DNA from: a virus | Length of the DNA stretch: 64,000 nt | IMG/VR virus record: IMGVR_UViG_3300047476_000521 | Span: 64,001 to 128,000 of that record | Strand: one strand, 5' to 3' | Part shown: in pieces, positions 21,452 to 31,772 of the stretch | How the letters are laid out: every line of letters starts with the position of its first letter | Position numbering within the stretch: position 1 is the first letter of the stretch | The notes under the pieces: model-generated | The model's database searches: none | What the model saw: only the letters and a program-made list of their open reading frames with translations | Told to the model about the DNA's origin: nothing | Program-made: the position numbers and the translations under genes

Positions 21452-21696
21452 TGTTTATTAAATTACTTGGCGCCGAAAGAGCAATCTCAACAGCAAACAA
21501 TTTTGGTAACACTGCAAATCTTTGTAGAGTTGTGAATCCAACTACTGCAGCTGTTTTAAACATCGCTTATGCTAACGGAGTTGTATACGCTAACACAACA
21601 GTTACAAATACAGCACCAATCTTTGTCGTTAAAGATTTAACAGACACACTTCAAGGAACTGGTATGTTAGCAACACCAGTCGCTTACAGAGGGTAA
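21451..21696 (+). CDS. Small head-module hypothetical protein
   Basis: ORF coupled to neighbours upstream of gp21. Confidence 0.65.
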   Translation: MFIKLLGAERAISTANNFGNTANLCRVVNPTTAAVLNIAYANGVVYANTTVTNTAPIFVVKDLTDTLQGTGMLATPVAYRG

Positions 21697-21697
21697 A

Positions 21698-22360
21698 ATG
21701 AAACTCATCGCCGAATTAACAGAAGATACACAATATATCACAGAGAGATCCGAAGACGGTAAGAAACATCATTACATTACTGGCCGCTTCATGACTGCTG
21801 AAGAAAAGAACAAGAATGGTAGACTATATAAGAAAGACATTCTTGAAAAAGAAGTAGAAAGATATCTCAGAGAAGTTGTAAAAGCAAAAAGAGCTTTCGG
21901 CGAACTAAATCATCCTGCTGGTCCGACAATTAATTTAGATCGCGTTTCTCACATCATCACAGAACTTAATTGGGATGGTAATTTTGTTAATGGTAAAGCC
22001 AAAATAACATCAACGCCTATGGGCGAAATTGCTCGTGGTCTCCTAGAATCAGGCGGACAGCTTGGCGTTTCTACTCGTGGTATGGGATCTTTGAAAGAAA
22101 GCAATGGAGTTATGGTTGTTCAACCAGACTTTAAACTTTCTACAGTTGATATCGTTTCCGACCCAAGCGGACCAGGTTGTTTTGTAAATGGTATTATGGA
22201 AAATGTTGATTGGATCTATGATCCAGTTCATAACACATGGCACGAAGAAAAACTTCATGAAACAAAGAAGTATATTCATACTCTATCAAAATCGCAGTTA
22301 GAAGAAAAGAAACTTGCTATTTTTGAAGAGTATTTATCATCCCTAACTCTAAAAGACTAA
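21698..22360 (+). CDS. gp21: Prohead protease gp21
   Basis: KNKNGRLY..FGELNHP..RVSH..LGVSTRGMGSL..DIVSDPS. Confidence 0.96.
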   Translation: MKLIAELTEDTQYITERSEDGKKHHYITGRFMTAEEKNKNGRLYKKDILEKEVERYLREVVKAKRAFGELNHPAGPTINLDRVSHIITELNWDGNFVNGKAKITSTPMGEIARGLLESGGQLGVSTRGMGSLKESNGVMVVQPDFKLSTVDIVSDPSGPGCFVNGIMENVDWIYDPVHNTWHEEKLHETKKYIHTLSKSQLEEKKLAIFEEYLSSLTLKD

Positions 22361-22364
22361 TTAA

Positions 22365-22372
22365 TATAAATA
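22365..22372 (+). promoter_or_regulatory. T4-type late promoter (gp22)
   Basis: TATAAATA about 30 nt upstream of gp22 ATG. Confidence 0.8.
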
Positions 22373-22403
22373 TAATAAATTTCTAAAATAGGAGACTATT
22401 TAA

Positions 22404-23564
22404 ATGGCTAATAACGAACACGACCTCGAGGACTTTGTTGAACTAGAAGATATTGCTGTATCTGAAGCAAAGCACGAAGAGGAAGAAGAAGAGGAAGAAG
22501 ACGAAGAGTCTTCTAAGAAGATGAAGAAGAAAAAGCACGAAAAGAAAGATGATGTTTCAGAAGAAACTCTTGCTGCTTCATCACTACATCCAAAGGCACG
22601 TTCATCAGACCCAATGTCAAAGCTTGGCGCTATGCATGGTGTTATGAATGTAATGGCCGGAATGGGTAAGTCAGATCTTATCAATTTCTTCAATCAGGTT
22701 CAGTCTCAGTTTGGTCCAGGTAAGGATTATGGCGTTGGCGATAAGTCAGCCGCTAATCAGTCAACTCTTGACATGAAGCCTTCCGATGCTACTGGTAAGT
22801 CTGCACCAAAGACTCGTGACGCTATGCCTAAGCTAAACGTCAAGGAAGACATTGAAGAAATGTTCAATGGTCAGGATCTTTCAGAAGAATTTAAGGATAA
22901 TGTTGCTACTCTATTCGAAGCAGCTGTTTCCGCAAGAATGGTTGCTGAAACTGCTCGTCTTGAAGAAGCATATGAAGAAGCACTACAGGAAGAAATTGCA
23001 AACTTCGGCGAAGAACTAACATCAAAGCTCGACACATATCTCGATTATGTTGTTGAAAACTGGATGAAGGAAAACGAAGTAGCTATTGAATCAACCCTAC
23101 GCAATGAACTCGCAGAAGAGTTCATGGAAGGATTGAAGAACCTATTCGCTGAGCACTATATTAGTGTACCAGAAGAAAAGGTCGATGTTCTAGAAGCAAT
23201 GGCTGAAAAGGTTGCTGCCCTAGAAGAAAAACTTGATGAAACTATTACTGAGAACTTTGAGCTAAAGAGCCTTGCTGCTGAGAACGAAAGACAGGACATT
23301 GTTGAAAGTCTTGCTTCCGATCTAGCATTGACACAGCAGGAAAAGTTCGCTGCTCTTGTTGAAGGTATCGAGTTTGATGGTGATCTTGACACTTATGCTA
23401 AGAAGCTAATGATTGTCAAAGAAAACTATTTTAAGGTTGAATCAACTTCGCATTCTTCAAACATTGAAGAAGAAACTTTTGAAGGAGAAGTAAGCGAAAC
23501 TAAGAACGTCGACCCAACAGTAGGACGTTATCTAGCCGCTATCTCCAGAACAGTTAAAAAGTAA
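22404..23564 (+). CDS. gp22: Prohead scaffolding protein gp22
   Basis: LSEEFKDNVATLFEAAV..LDTYLDYVVENWMKENEVAIE..LKNLFAEHYI. Confidence 0.93.
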   Translation: MANNEHDLEDFVELEDIAVSEAKHEEEEEEEEDEESSKKMKKKKHEKKDDVSEETLAASSLHPKARSSDPMSKLGAMHGVMNVMAGMGKSDLINFFNQVQSQFGPGKDYGVGDKSAANQSTLDMKPSDATGKSAPKTRDAMPKLNVKEDIEEMFNGQDLSEEFKDNVATLFEAAVSARMVAETARLEEAYEEALQEEIANFGEELTSKLDTYLDYVVENWMKENEVAIESTLRNELAEEFMEGLKNLFAEHYISVPEEKVDVLEAMAEKVAALEEKLDETITENFELKSLAAENERQDIVESLASDLALTQQEKFAALVEGIEFDGDLDTYAKKLMIVKENYFKVESTSHSSNIEEETFEGEVSETKNVDPTVGRYLAAISRTVKK

Positions 23565-23569
23565 TTTAT

Positions 23570-23577
23570 TATAAATA
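23570..23577 (+). promoter_or_regulatory. T4-type late promoter (gp23)
   Basis: TATAAATA upstream of major capsid gene. Confidence 0.85.
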
Positions 23578-23611
23578 GATAAAGTATATTTTCTAGTAGA
23601 AAGGAAAACAA

Positions 23612-24988
23612 ATGTATCTAGCTGAGGAAATTCAAAACAAGTGGGCACCAGTCCTTGACCATGACGCTCTTGGCGCCATTAAGGATCAGCACCGCCGTTC
23701 AGTCACTGCAGTTATGCTCGAGAACACAGAGAAGGCTCTCCGTGAATCAGCAGCACACGGTGACTATCAGACACTAACAGAAACAAGTTCACTAGTTCCA
23801 TCTAACCTAATGGGCGCTTCAAGCTCCACTCAGGGTACTGGTGGTATCGATACTTTCGATCCAGTTCTTATTTCTCTAGTTCGTCGTGCAATGCCAAACC
23901 TAATGGCATACGACATCTGCGGCGTTCAGCCAATGACTGGACCAACTGGTCTTATCTTCGCAATGCGTTCACGTTATGCTAATACAACTAGCTATAACAA
24001 CGCTGGCGCAGAAACATTCTATAACGAAGTTAACACTCAGTTCTCTTCTGTTACATCTGGTGCTAACACCTTCGGTCAGAAGCATGTTGGTACTATCCCA
24101 GGTGCAACTAACACTTCACCACTAACAGCAGTCAACACCTATAACACTGGTGCTGCAATGGGTACTTTCCAGGCTGAAGCTCTTGGAACTGACTCAAACA
24201 CTGCTTTCCCACAGATGGCATTCTCAATTGAGAAGGTTACTGTTACAGCTAACACTCGTGCTCTAAAGGCAGAGTATACTATGGAACTAGCCCAGGATCT
24301 TAAGGCTATCCATGGTCTCGACGCTGAAACAGAACTAGCTAACATTCTTTCAGCAGAAATTCTAGCTGAAATCAACCGTGAAGTTGTTCGTACTATCAAC
24401 ATCACTGCTGAGGCTGGCGCTCAGGAAAACACAACTACTCCAGGCGTGTTCGATCTTGACACTGACTCAAACGGTCGTTGGTCAGTTGAAAAGTTCAAGG
24501 GTCTAATGTTCCAGCTAGAGCGTGAAGCTAACCAGATCGCCAAGCAGACTCGTCGTGGTAAGGGTAACATCGTTATCTGTTCTTCAGACGTTGCTTCTGC
24601 TCTACAGATGGCTGGTGTTCTTGACTACGCTCCTGCTCTTAATTCAAACAACCTACAGGTTGACGATACTGGAAATACTTTCGCTGGTATTCTAAATGGT
24701 CGTCTACGTGTTTATATCGATCCATACGCTCTTGGCGGAAACTATCTAACTGTTGGTTATAAGGGTTCATCAGCTTTCGACGCTGGTCTATTCTATTGCC
24801 CATACGTTCCACTACAGATGGTTCGTGCAGTTGATCAGTCAAGCTTCCAGCCAAAGATCGGCTTTAAGACTCGTTACGGCATGGTCGCAAACCCATTCGC
24901 TGAAGGTCTTACACAGGGCTTTGGTCGTTCTAACGTTATTAGCACTAACAAGTACTATCGTAGAGTTATTGTTACTAACCTTATGTAA
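23612..24988 (+). CDS. gp23: Major capsid protein gp23
   Basis: LISLVRRAMPNL..GVQPMTGPTGLIFAMR..LKAEYTMELAQDLKAIHGLDAE..FQPKIGFKTRYG. Confidence 0.98.
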   Translation: MYLAEEIQNKWAPVLDHDALGAIKDQHRRSVTAVMLENTEKALRESAAHGDYQTLTETSSLVPSNLMGASSSTQGTGGIDTFDPVLISLVRRAMPNLMAYDICGVQPMTGPTGLIFAMRSRYANTTSYNNAGAETFYNEVNTQFSSVTSGANTFGQKHVGTIPGATNTSPLTAVNTYNTGAAMGTFQAEALGTDSNTAFPQMAFSIEKVTVTANTRALKAEYTMELAQDLKAIHGLDAETELANILSAEILAEINREVVRTINITAEAGAQENTTTPGVFDLDTDSNGRWSVEKFKGLMFQLEREANQIAKQTRRGKGNIVICSSDVASALQMAGVLDYAPALNSNNLQVDDTGNTFAGILNGRLRVYIDPYALGGNYLTVGYKGSSAFDAGLFYCPYVPLQMVRAVDQSSFQPKIGFKTRYGMVANPFAEGLTQGFGRSNVISTNKYYRRVIVTNLM

Positions 24989-25023
24989 TTTGTTTTCGGA
25001 CGAAGAGCCGAAAACTAGAAACT

Positions 25024-25051
25024 GGGGCGGTCTTCGGATCGCCCCTTTTTT
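25024..25051 (+). terminator. Rho-independent terminator after gp23
   Basis: GGGGCGGTC-TTCG-GATCGCCCC followed by T6; C(UUCG)G tetraloop. Confidence 0.92.
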
Positions 25052-25053
25052 CA

Positions 25054-25061
25054 TATAAATA
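25054..25061 (+). promoter_or_regulatory. T4-type late promoter (gp3)
   Basis: TATAAATA then SD AAGGAG. Confidence 0.8.
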
Positions 25062-25078
25062 GTTGAAAAGGAGTTAAC

Positions 25079-25600
25079 ATGTCAGCGATAGATAATACGC
25101 CTTCTAATAGAAATTTTCTTTCACCTTTAAACTTCAAATTTCAATTGAAGCGTTCGCCCCATGTTAACTTTTTTATTCAAAAAGTAAATATTCCTCCCAT
25201 GGAATTACCACCAATAGCTTCACCAAACCCTTTCGTGAACATCCCATATTCTGGTGAACATATCAGTTATGGAAACCTTTCCATAACTTTTAAAGTAGAT
25301 GAAGATCTTCAGAATTACCTCGAGATTCATAACTGGGTAAAAGCTTTAGGTAAGCCAAAGGATTTCGAAGAGTATAGAAATATTTCTTCTAAGCAAGAAT
25401 ATACAGGCGAAGGGCTGAAATCTGATATATCTTTAATGGTTTTATCCAGCACTAAATCTGCAAACTATGATATAACTTTTGCAGATGCTTTTCCTATTTC
25501 TCTTTCGGGTATTGTTTTTAATACTACAGATGAAAATGTCATATATACAGAAGCTTCGGCCGAGTTTAAATATACTTACTATGACATAATAAAAGTTTGA
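25079..25600 (+). CDS. gp3: Tail completion/tube terminator gp3-like
   Basis: NFLSPLNFKF..P.VNFFIQKVNIP..FKVDEDLQNYLEIHNW..FPISLS. Confidence 0.85.
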   Translation: MSAIDNTPSNRNFLSPLNFKFQLKRSPHVNFFIQKVNIPPMELPPIASPNPFVNIPYSGEHISYGNLSITFKVDEDLQNYLEIHNWVKALGKPKDFEEYRNISSKQEYTGEGLKSDISLMVLSSTKSANYDITFADAFPISLSGIVFNTTDENVIYTEASAEFKYTYYDIIKV

Positions 25601-25625
25601 CAATTTTCTAGAAATATAGTAATAT
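25597..25625 (+). promoter_or_regulatory. Sigma70-like early/middle promoter (uvsY)
   Basis: TTGACA-17-TAATAT. Confidence 0.7.
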
Positions 25626-25655
25626 AAAATATTAGATGAAAACTGTGAGAGAGTT

Positions 25656-26090
25656 ATGACTATTGATGAAATCTTAGAAAATTGGCAAGTTGATGCAAAG
25701 ATCGATAATACTGAACTGGGTCAAGAAGCCCTCAATATACCGAAGCTACATCATAAATATTATAAAATTTTTGTCAAGGAAAAACTGATTCTCAGAAAAC
25801 AAGAGACAGAATTAAAGCGTCTAAAGCTTGACAAATTTGAATTTTTCACACAAGGCCCAAACGAAGAGACAAAAGATAAAGGTTGGAAGCTTCCTCCAAA
25901 AGGTATGATCCTAAAGGGAGATATACCAATGTATATGGATGCTGATGAAGACATTATTAATTTGTCTCTTAAAATTGGTTATCAACAAGAAAAGATAGAA
26001 CTTCTAGAATCAATCATTAAGACTATTGTTAATAGAAGTTTTCATATTGGTAATGCTATTGATTGGCAAAAGTTCACCATGGGAGCATAA
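25656..26090 (+). CDS. uvsY: Recombination mediator UvsY
   Basis: IPKLHHKYY..YMDADEDI..NRSFHIGNAIDWQKF. Confidence 0.9.
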   Translation: MTIDEILENWQVDAKIDNTELGQEALNIPKLHHKYYKIFVKEKLILRKQETELKRLKLDKFEFFTQGPNEETKDKGWKLPPKGMILKGDIPMYMDADEDIINLSLKIGYQQEKIELLESIIKTIVNRSFHIGNAIDWQKFTMGA

Positions 26091-27544
26091 TGGATACTGT
26101 TCAAGTAGAAAAATACGACGAGGTTTACATAAAGATAAAAGCTGAACCCTCGATCATGATGGAATTGAGTGAATATTTTACATTCGAAGTTCCTGGTGCT
26201 AAGTTCATGCCTGCTTATCGTTCTAAGTTTTGGGACGGTAAGATTAGGCTTTTGAATGTAATGACTGGTTTGCTATATGCTGGTCTTACAAAATACATTG
26301 AAGAGTTCTGTAAGTCTAGAGAATACGAACTAGAATATACATCAGACTTCTCTTCTGAAAATTTTTCTGTGAAAGAAGCAAAAGATTTCATAGAAAAACT
26401 AAAGCCAACCATGCAGCCAAGAGATTATCAGATTGATGCTTTCGTTCACGCTGTAAGAGAACGTAGAGCTCTACTTCTTTCTCCAACTGCTTCTGGTAAG
26501 TCGTTTATTATTTATTTACTTGTGAGGTATTATGCAAAAAGAACTCTCATCATTGTACCAACTACTTCTCTTGTTAGCCAGCTTTCCAGTGATTTTGCTG
26601 ACTATGGTTTCGACTCCGATACTTTTGTTCATCGTGTGTTCGCTGGACAGGACAAGGGAACAACAAAACCTATCACCATCACAACTTGGCAAAGCGTATA
26701 CAAGTTACCTAAAGAATTCTTTGATTCATTTGATGTTGTCATCGGAGACGAAGCTCATCTCTTCAAAGCAAAATCTCTTACTTCTATACTTACTAAATTA
26801 TCCGGAACACGCTACCGTTTTGGATTTACCGGAACATTGGATGGTTCTGAAACCCACCGCCTCGTTCTTGAAGGGCTCTTTGGAGCAGTCAGAAGAGTAA
26901 CTACTACTGCTGAGTTGATAGAGCAGAAGCATCTAGCTGACTTTAAGATCAAAGCTATTGTTCTTTCTTATCCAGATGAAGTAAGAAAGATGATAGCCAA
27001 GGCCAATGATTATCAGGCAGAGATGGATTACCTGGTTAGATTAGAAGCAAGAAATAAATTCATTCGTAATCTAACTCTTTCATTAGAAGGTAACACTCTA
27101 TTACTTTTTCAATACGTAGAAAAACATGGTAAAGCATTATTCAACGATCTTACTAAAGAAGCTGGAAAGAATCGTAACGTATTTTTCGTCTCAGGCGAAG
27201 TTAGTGGCGACGATCGCGAAGGAATTCGTAAAATTGTCGAAGAAGAGAGCAATGCTATTATCGTTGCAAGTTTTGGTACTTTTTCCACTGGTGTTAATAT
27301 ACGAAACCTTCACAATATTATATTTGCCTCGCCTTCGAAGTCTCGTATCCGCAATCTTCAATCGATCGGAAGAGGACTAAGAAAATCTGAGTCTAAGACA
27401 AGTTCAACTCTATATGATATAGCTGATGATATGTCTTGGAAGAATAAGAAGAACTATACGTTACTACACTTTATGGAAAGAATTAAAACATATAACGAAG
27501 AGAAGTTTGAATACAAGATCTATAAAGTAGGAATAGATATTTAA
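26090..27544 (+). CDS. uvsW: DNA helicase UvsW
   Basis: SF2 motifs SPTASGKS, DEAH, TGT, QSIGRGLR; N-terminal FMPAYRSKFWDGKIRL; ATG overlaps uvsY stop. Confidence 0.95.
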   Translation: MDTVQVEKYDEVYIKIKAEPSIMMELSEYFTFEVPGAKFMPAYRSKFWDGKIRLLNVMTGLLYAGLTKYIEEFCKSREYELEYTSDFSSENFSVKEAKDFIEKLKPTMQPRDYQIDAFVHAVRERRALLLSPTASGKSFIIYLLVRYYAKRTLIIVPTTSLVSQLSSDFADYGFDSDTFVHRVFAGQDKGTTKPITITTWQSVYKLPKEFFDSFDVVIGDEAHLFKAKSLTSILTKLSGTRYRFGFTGTLDGSETHRLVLEGLFGAVRRVTTTAELIEQKHLADFKIKAIVLSYPDEVRKMIAKANDYQAEMDYLVRLEARNKFIRNLTLSLEGNTLLLFQYVEKHGKALFNDLTKEAGKNRNVFFVSGEVSGDDREGIRKIVEEESNAIIVASFGTFSTGVNIRNLHNIIFASPSKSRIRNLQSIGRGLRKSESKTSSTLYDIADDMSWKNKKNYTLLHFMERIKTYNEEKFEYKIYKVGIDI

Positions 27545-27564
27545 CTTCAACTGGTGCACTAGTG

Positions 27565-27592
27565 ATTATACTCGTGCTTGTCAAAAAGTCAA
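27565..27592 (-). promoter_or_regulatory. Antisense-oriented sigma70-like promoter
   Basis: Minus strand TTGACT-16-TATAAT (CTTGACTTTTTGACAAGCACGAGTATAAT), near copy of the promoter at 43514. Confidence 0.5.
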
Positions 27593-27602
27593 GGAATATA
27601 TT

Positions 27603-28157
27603 ATGGAAGTAAAAAAGTCTAAGAGAAAAACAAATTACATCAACAACAAGACTCTCTACGGAGCGATGATTCATTATAAAAATGATTTACAACATGCGTT
27701 AGAACACGATGCTGATAAACCACAAGTCCCGAGGTATATCGGCGAATCTATTCTTTTAATTTGTAACAACCTAGCCAAGAAACCAAATTTCTCAGGTTAC
27801 ACTTATAAACAGGATATGATTAGTGATGGTATTATGGACTGTATATCCGCAGTAGATAATTTCGATCCAGATAAAACAAATAATCCTTTTGCTTATTTTA
27901 CACAGATTGCTTGGAATGCTTTTCTTAGAAGAATCCAGAAAGAAAAGAAACAGACATACATTAAACACAAAAATTACATCAACTCTAATTTGATGGAAGA
28001 TATCGCTAGAGAAATGTATATTACTGGTAATAAAATCAACAACGAGTATTCAGATGAAATGGTTCGCAACTTTGAAGATAAGTTGACAAAAACCAAAAAA
28101 CCGAGTAAACTTACTGGAGTAGAAAAATTCTCAGAGGTAGAAAACGATGAAGAATGA
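27603..28157 (+). CDS. gp55: Late-transcription sigma factor gp55
   Basis: NYINNK..KPNFSGYTYKQDMISDGI..NPFAYFTQIAWNAFLRRIQKEKKQ. Confidence 0.95.
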   Translation: MEVKKSKRKTNYINNKTLYGAMIHYKNDLQHALEHDADKPQVPRYIGESILLICNNLAKKPNFSGYTYKQDMISDGIMDCISAVDNFDPDKTNNPFAYFTQIAWNAFLRRIQKEKKQTYIKHKNYINSNLMEDIAREMYITGNKINNEYSDEMVRNFEDKLTKTKKPSKLTGVEKFSEVENDEE

Positions 28158-28335
28158 ACATCTCGTTCCTGTCAATGTGCAGGATATAGCAAACAGATTG
28201 TATGATAAAAATCTTAGCGCCAATGAACGACTAGTGCTACTACAGCGTCTAGATGCTATTCGAGAGTATACTGAGGCGCAGTATAAGAAGCATAATTTCG
28301 TAGACTTTGGTCAGACGTATTCAGGTAGAAAATGA
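28147..28335 (+). CDS. Hypothetical protein
   Basis: Coupled ORF between gp55 and gp47. Confidence 0.65.
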   Translation: MKNEHLVPVNVQDIANRLYDKNLSANERLVLLQRLDAIREYTEAQYKKHNFVDFGQTYSGRK

Positions 28336-29402
28336 AAATTGCTCTAATTACTGATTCGCATGCAGGAGTCAGAAATGACTCTATGGCTTTTCACGATTAT
28401 ATGAAGAAATTTTATGATGATGTTTTCTACAAATATCTAGACGTTCATAATATTAAAACAATTGTACATTTGGGCGACATTGTAGATCGCCGTAAATATA
28501 TTAACACTTATACAGCTTTTCGTCTTAGGAAAGATCTGATTGAGCCTGCGCTCGAGCGTGGTATTAATTGGCACCAGATTATTGGTAACCATGACACGTA
28601 TCATAAGAACACTAACGAGGTTTCTTCTTTCACTGAACTTTTCGGTAGTTATATTAATTACACTACTCTAAATATCTATGATAAAGCAACCGAAGTAGTG
28701 TTCGATAATACCAAGATTTTATTCATTCCTTGGATTTGCGATGATAATAAAGAACACTCCTTCAAATTAATTAAGGAAACAGATGCACAAATTGCTTTCG
28801 GACATTTGGAAATTCAGGGATTCGAAATGTTCAAAGGTTCTATCGTTTCTCATGGAGATGATCCAAATGTGTTCGGACGTTTTGATCTTGTCTGCTCTGG
28901 GCATTTTCATCATCGCTCAAACCGTGGCAACATTCATTATCTTGGTTCTCCTGCAGAGTTTACTTGGTCTGATTACGATGATCCACGTGGCTTTCATATA
29001 TTTGACACGGAAACGAGAGATCTAAAGTTTATTGAAAATCCATATAAGATGTTTCATAAGTTTTGGTATAATGATGGCGATCCTAAGTTCGTAGATTCTG
29101 AGGTTGATTATAGTCAGTTTAAAAATAAAACAATCAAGATCATTATTACCGAAAAGAACAATCCTTATTGGTTTGAAAAATTCGTAGAGAATATAGAAAA
29201 ACAGAATCCTGTTGATATTCAAATTGTAGAAGATCATCTAAACCTAAACATGGAAGAAGATCAGGAAATTGTTGACGAAGCCGAATCTACAATTGAAATT
29301 TTTAAGAAGTATATTACGGGCGCTGAAGTAAAGGGCGTTGATAAAACTAGATTAGAAAGTAAGATTATAGAACTTTATAATGAGGCTCTTACAGTTGAGT
29401 GA
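28332..29402 (+). CDS. gp47: Recombination endonuclease gp47 (Mre11-like)
   Basis: Metallophosphoesterase motifs DSH, GD..DRRK, GNHD, GH, SGHFH. Confidence 0.94.
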   Translation: MKIALITDSHAGVRNDSMAFHDYMKKFYDDVFYKYLDVHNIKTIVHLGDIVDRRKYINTYTAFRLRKDLIEPALERGINWHQIIGNHDTYHKNTNEVSSFTELFGSYINYTTLNIYDKATEVVFDNTKILFIPWICDDNKEHSFKLIKETDAQIAFGHLEIQGFEMFKGSIVSHGDDPNVFGRFDLVCSGHFHHRSNRGNIHYLGSPAEFTWSDYDDPRGFHIFDTETRDLKFIENPYKMFHKFWYNDGDPKFVDSEVDYSQFKNKTIKIIITEKNNPYWFEKFVENIEKQNPVDIQIVEDHLNLNMEEDQEIVDEAESTIEIFKKYITGAEVKGVDKTRLESKIIELYNEALTVE

Positions 29403-29410
29403 TTTGACAT

Positions 29411-31117
29411 ATGATAATCTTTAAGAAATTAAGATGGAAAAATCTATTATCTACTGGTAATGTGTTTACCGAGATTGATTTATTTAATAAAGAAACTACG
29501 CTAATAGTCGGAACTAATGGCGCTGGTAAATCAACCATTTTAGACGCTTTATCTTTTGTTCTGTTTGGTAAACCTTTCCGTAAAATTACAAAACCACAAT
29601 TAATTAATTCTATTACTCAAAAAAACTGCGTAGTAGAAGTTGAATTTACTATTGGTATGAATAATTATAAGATTATTCGTGGTATGAAGCCGACTATATT
29701 TGAAGTTTATATGAATGATAAGCTTCTTAATCAGTCTGCAGAAATGAAAGATTACCAAGAAATTCTAGAAAAGCAGATTATCAAAGTAAATCAAAAGTCT
29801 TTTAATCAAGTAGTTGTTCTAGGCTCGGCTACATTCCAACCATTTATGCAGTTACCTGCTGGCCAGCGTAGAGAGATTATTGAAGACCTTTTAGATTTAC
29901 ATATATTCACTATAATGAACTCTCTATTAAAAGATAAAGTGTTAATTAATAGTGGGTCTATTACCGATTCGTTAAACAATAAAAAGTTAGTAGAATCAAA
30001 ATTAGAATTAACCAAACAGCATATGCAAGAGGTTAACGAAAACATTGCTAAAACCATTAAAGAAAAACAAAAATTAATAAACGAAACTGAGAATAAAGTA
30101 AAAGATCTTAACAAGAAATATTCTGATTTAGAAACTCAAATTGAAACTCTATGTTCTAAGACGGAAGATGAAGAAACTGTTTCTAAAAAGATCAACAAAA
30201 TCTCTAAACTAAGGCATCAGATTGAAGCTAAAGTTTCGTTGTTGAATAGCGATCTAGACTTTTTCAAAAACCATGAAAATTGCCCTACTTGTAAACAGCA
30301 TATCGCTGAAGACTTTAGGTTAAAAACTATAGAAGAAAAGAATATCCAAAAGAAAGAGATCGAAGATGGTCTTAATCTGTTGCTAGTGGAATATGAGACA
30401 ACTAATAATAGATTAAATCAAATTATGGAATTAATTAACGAAATTCGGTCATTAGAAATGAAGAAAATTGAATGTAAAACTACTATCAATTCTCTAACAA
30501 AATATTCTCGATCTTTAGAGGAAGAAATTGATAGCTTACAAAAACCAATTAAAACTGTATCCGAGGATAAGGTTGCAGATTTTCAATTAGAAATTAAACA
30601 GATTGAAGGCGAATATAATAAACTAATCGAGGAAAGAAACCTATTGACTGCTGCTGGGATATTGTTAAAGGACGGCGGTATTAAGTCTAAAATCGTCAAA
30701 CAATATATACCTGTTATTAACAAACTTATTAATAAGTATCTTTCTGCTATGGATTTCTTTGTTTCTTTTGAACTTGACGAGCAGTTTAACGAGACTATAA
30801 AGTCCAGATACAGAGACGACTTTACATATGCTTCTTTCTCGGAAGGCGAAAAACAAAAGATCGATCTAGCGTTATTGTTTACTTGGAGAGCAGTAGCTAA
30901 ATTGCGTAATTCGATTAATACAAATCTTCTTATAATGGATGAAGTATTTGACTCTTCTTTGGATATGAATGCTGTAGACTATCTAATGAATATTATCCGA
31001 GATATATCAAAAGATAGTAACATTATAATCATATCACATAAAGAACATCTCAACGAGAAGTTCAATAACGTCTTGAAATTCGTTAAGAATAAAAATTTCT
31101 CTCAGATCCAAGAATAA
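29411..31117 (+). CDS. gp46: Recombination ATPase gp46 (Rad50-like)
   Basis: GTNGAGKS, CPTC zinc hook, FSEGEK signature, MDEVFD. Confidence 0.95.
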   Translation: MIIFKKLRWKNLLSTGNVFTEIDLFNKETTLIVGTNGAGKSTILDALSFVLFGKPFRKITKPQLINSITQKNCVVEVEFTIGMNNYKIIRGMKPTIFEVYMNDKLLNQSAEMKDYQEILEKQIIKVNQKSFNQVVVLGSATFQPFMQLPAGQRREIIEDLLDLHIFTIMNSLLKDKVLINSGSITDSLNNKKLVESKLELTKQHMQEVNENIAKTIKEKQKLINETENKVKDLNKKYSDLETQIETLCSKTEDEETVSKKINKISKLRHQIEAKVSLLNSDLDFFKNHENCPTCKQHIAEDFRLKTIEEKNIQKKEIEDGLNLLLVEYETTNNRLNQIMELINEIRSLEMKKIECKTTINSLTKYSRSLEEEIDSLQKPIKTVSEDKVADFQLEIKQIEGEYNKLIEERNLLTAAGILLKDGGIKSKIVKQYIPVINKLINKYLSAMDFFVSFELDEQFNETIKSRYRDDFTYASFSEGEKQKIDLALLFTWRAVAKLRNSINTNLLIMDEVFDSSLDMNAVDYLMNIIRDISKDSNIIIISHKEHLNEKFNNVLKFVKNKNFSQIQE

Positions 31118-31147
31118 TATTGCTTTATTTACAATTGAGGTTATAAT

Positions 31148-31621
31148 ATGAATCTAGATGATAGATATTTACTCGAGAAATGCGAAGACTTTGATTTCAA
31201 AGATCCTCCGTTTGATCCCGTGCAGTTTGCTCAGACATTAGTAAAATATATGCACGAGAAAAACGGATTAGGATTGGCTGCTAATCAGGTCGGAGTTCCA
31301 TATCGCATATTCGCTATGCGTGGTTCTCCTGAAAATTTCGTTTGCTATAATCCTAAGATAGTTCAGATAAGCGATCAAACAGTAACTCTAGAGGAAGGTT
31401 GTCTTTCTTATCCTAATCTTTATGTTAAAATTAAAAGACCATCGATGATAAGAGTTAGATTCACCACTCCTAATGGAGATACAATCACGAAACAATTTAT
31501 TGGAATGACTGCTAGATGTTTTCAGCACGAGTATGATCATTTAGAAGGTAAAAGGTTTTATGACCAAGCTAATAAATTTCACAGAGATCAAGCCATAAGG
31601 AAGTGGAAGAAAAATGGGTAA
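31148..31621 (+). CDS. def: Peptide deformylase
   Basis: GLGLAANQVG, EGCLS, QHEYDHLEG motifs. Confidence 0.95.
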   Translation: MNLDDRYLLEKCEDFDFKDPPFDPVQFAQTLVKYMHEKNGLGLAANQVGVPYRIFAMRGSPENFVCYNPKIVQISDQTVTLEEGCLSYPNLYVKIKRPSMIRVRFTTPNGDTITKQFIGMTARCFQHEYDHLEGKRFYDQANKFHRDQAIRKWKKNG

Positions 31622-31772
31622 ATGGTTCGATATAGCAGGATTGAACGAAAGATATTTTCATTTCGACAATCTAGTAGAGTTAATGCACAAGATTGAAGAT
31701 TTAGCATTATTTGCTATTTTGTGCTTTTTAGTTTATATTTGGGTTAAGTTGTTTCTCTATTGGGATAATTAA
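31614..31772 (+). CDS. Small putative membrane protein (52 aa, not in ORF track)
   Basis: MGKWFDIAGLNERYFHFDNLVELMHKIEDLALFAILCFLVYIWVKLFLYWDN; overlaps both neighbours. Confidence 0.6.
   Translation: MGKWFDIAGLNERYFHFDNLVELMHKIEDLALFAILCFLVYIWVKLFLYWDN

Noticed and set aside
22470-22550. Purine-rich GAA/AAG repeat in gp22
   Set aside because: Simply encodes a poly-Glu/Lys low-complexity scaffold segment
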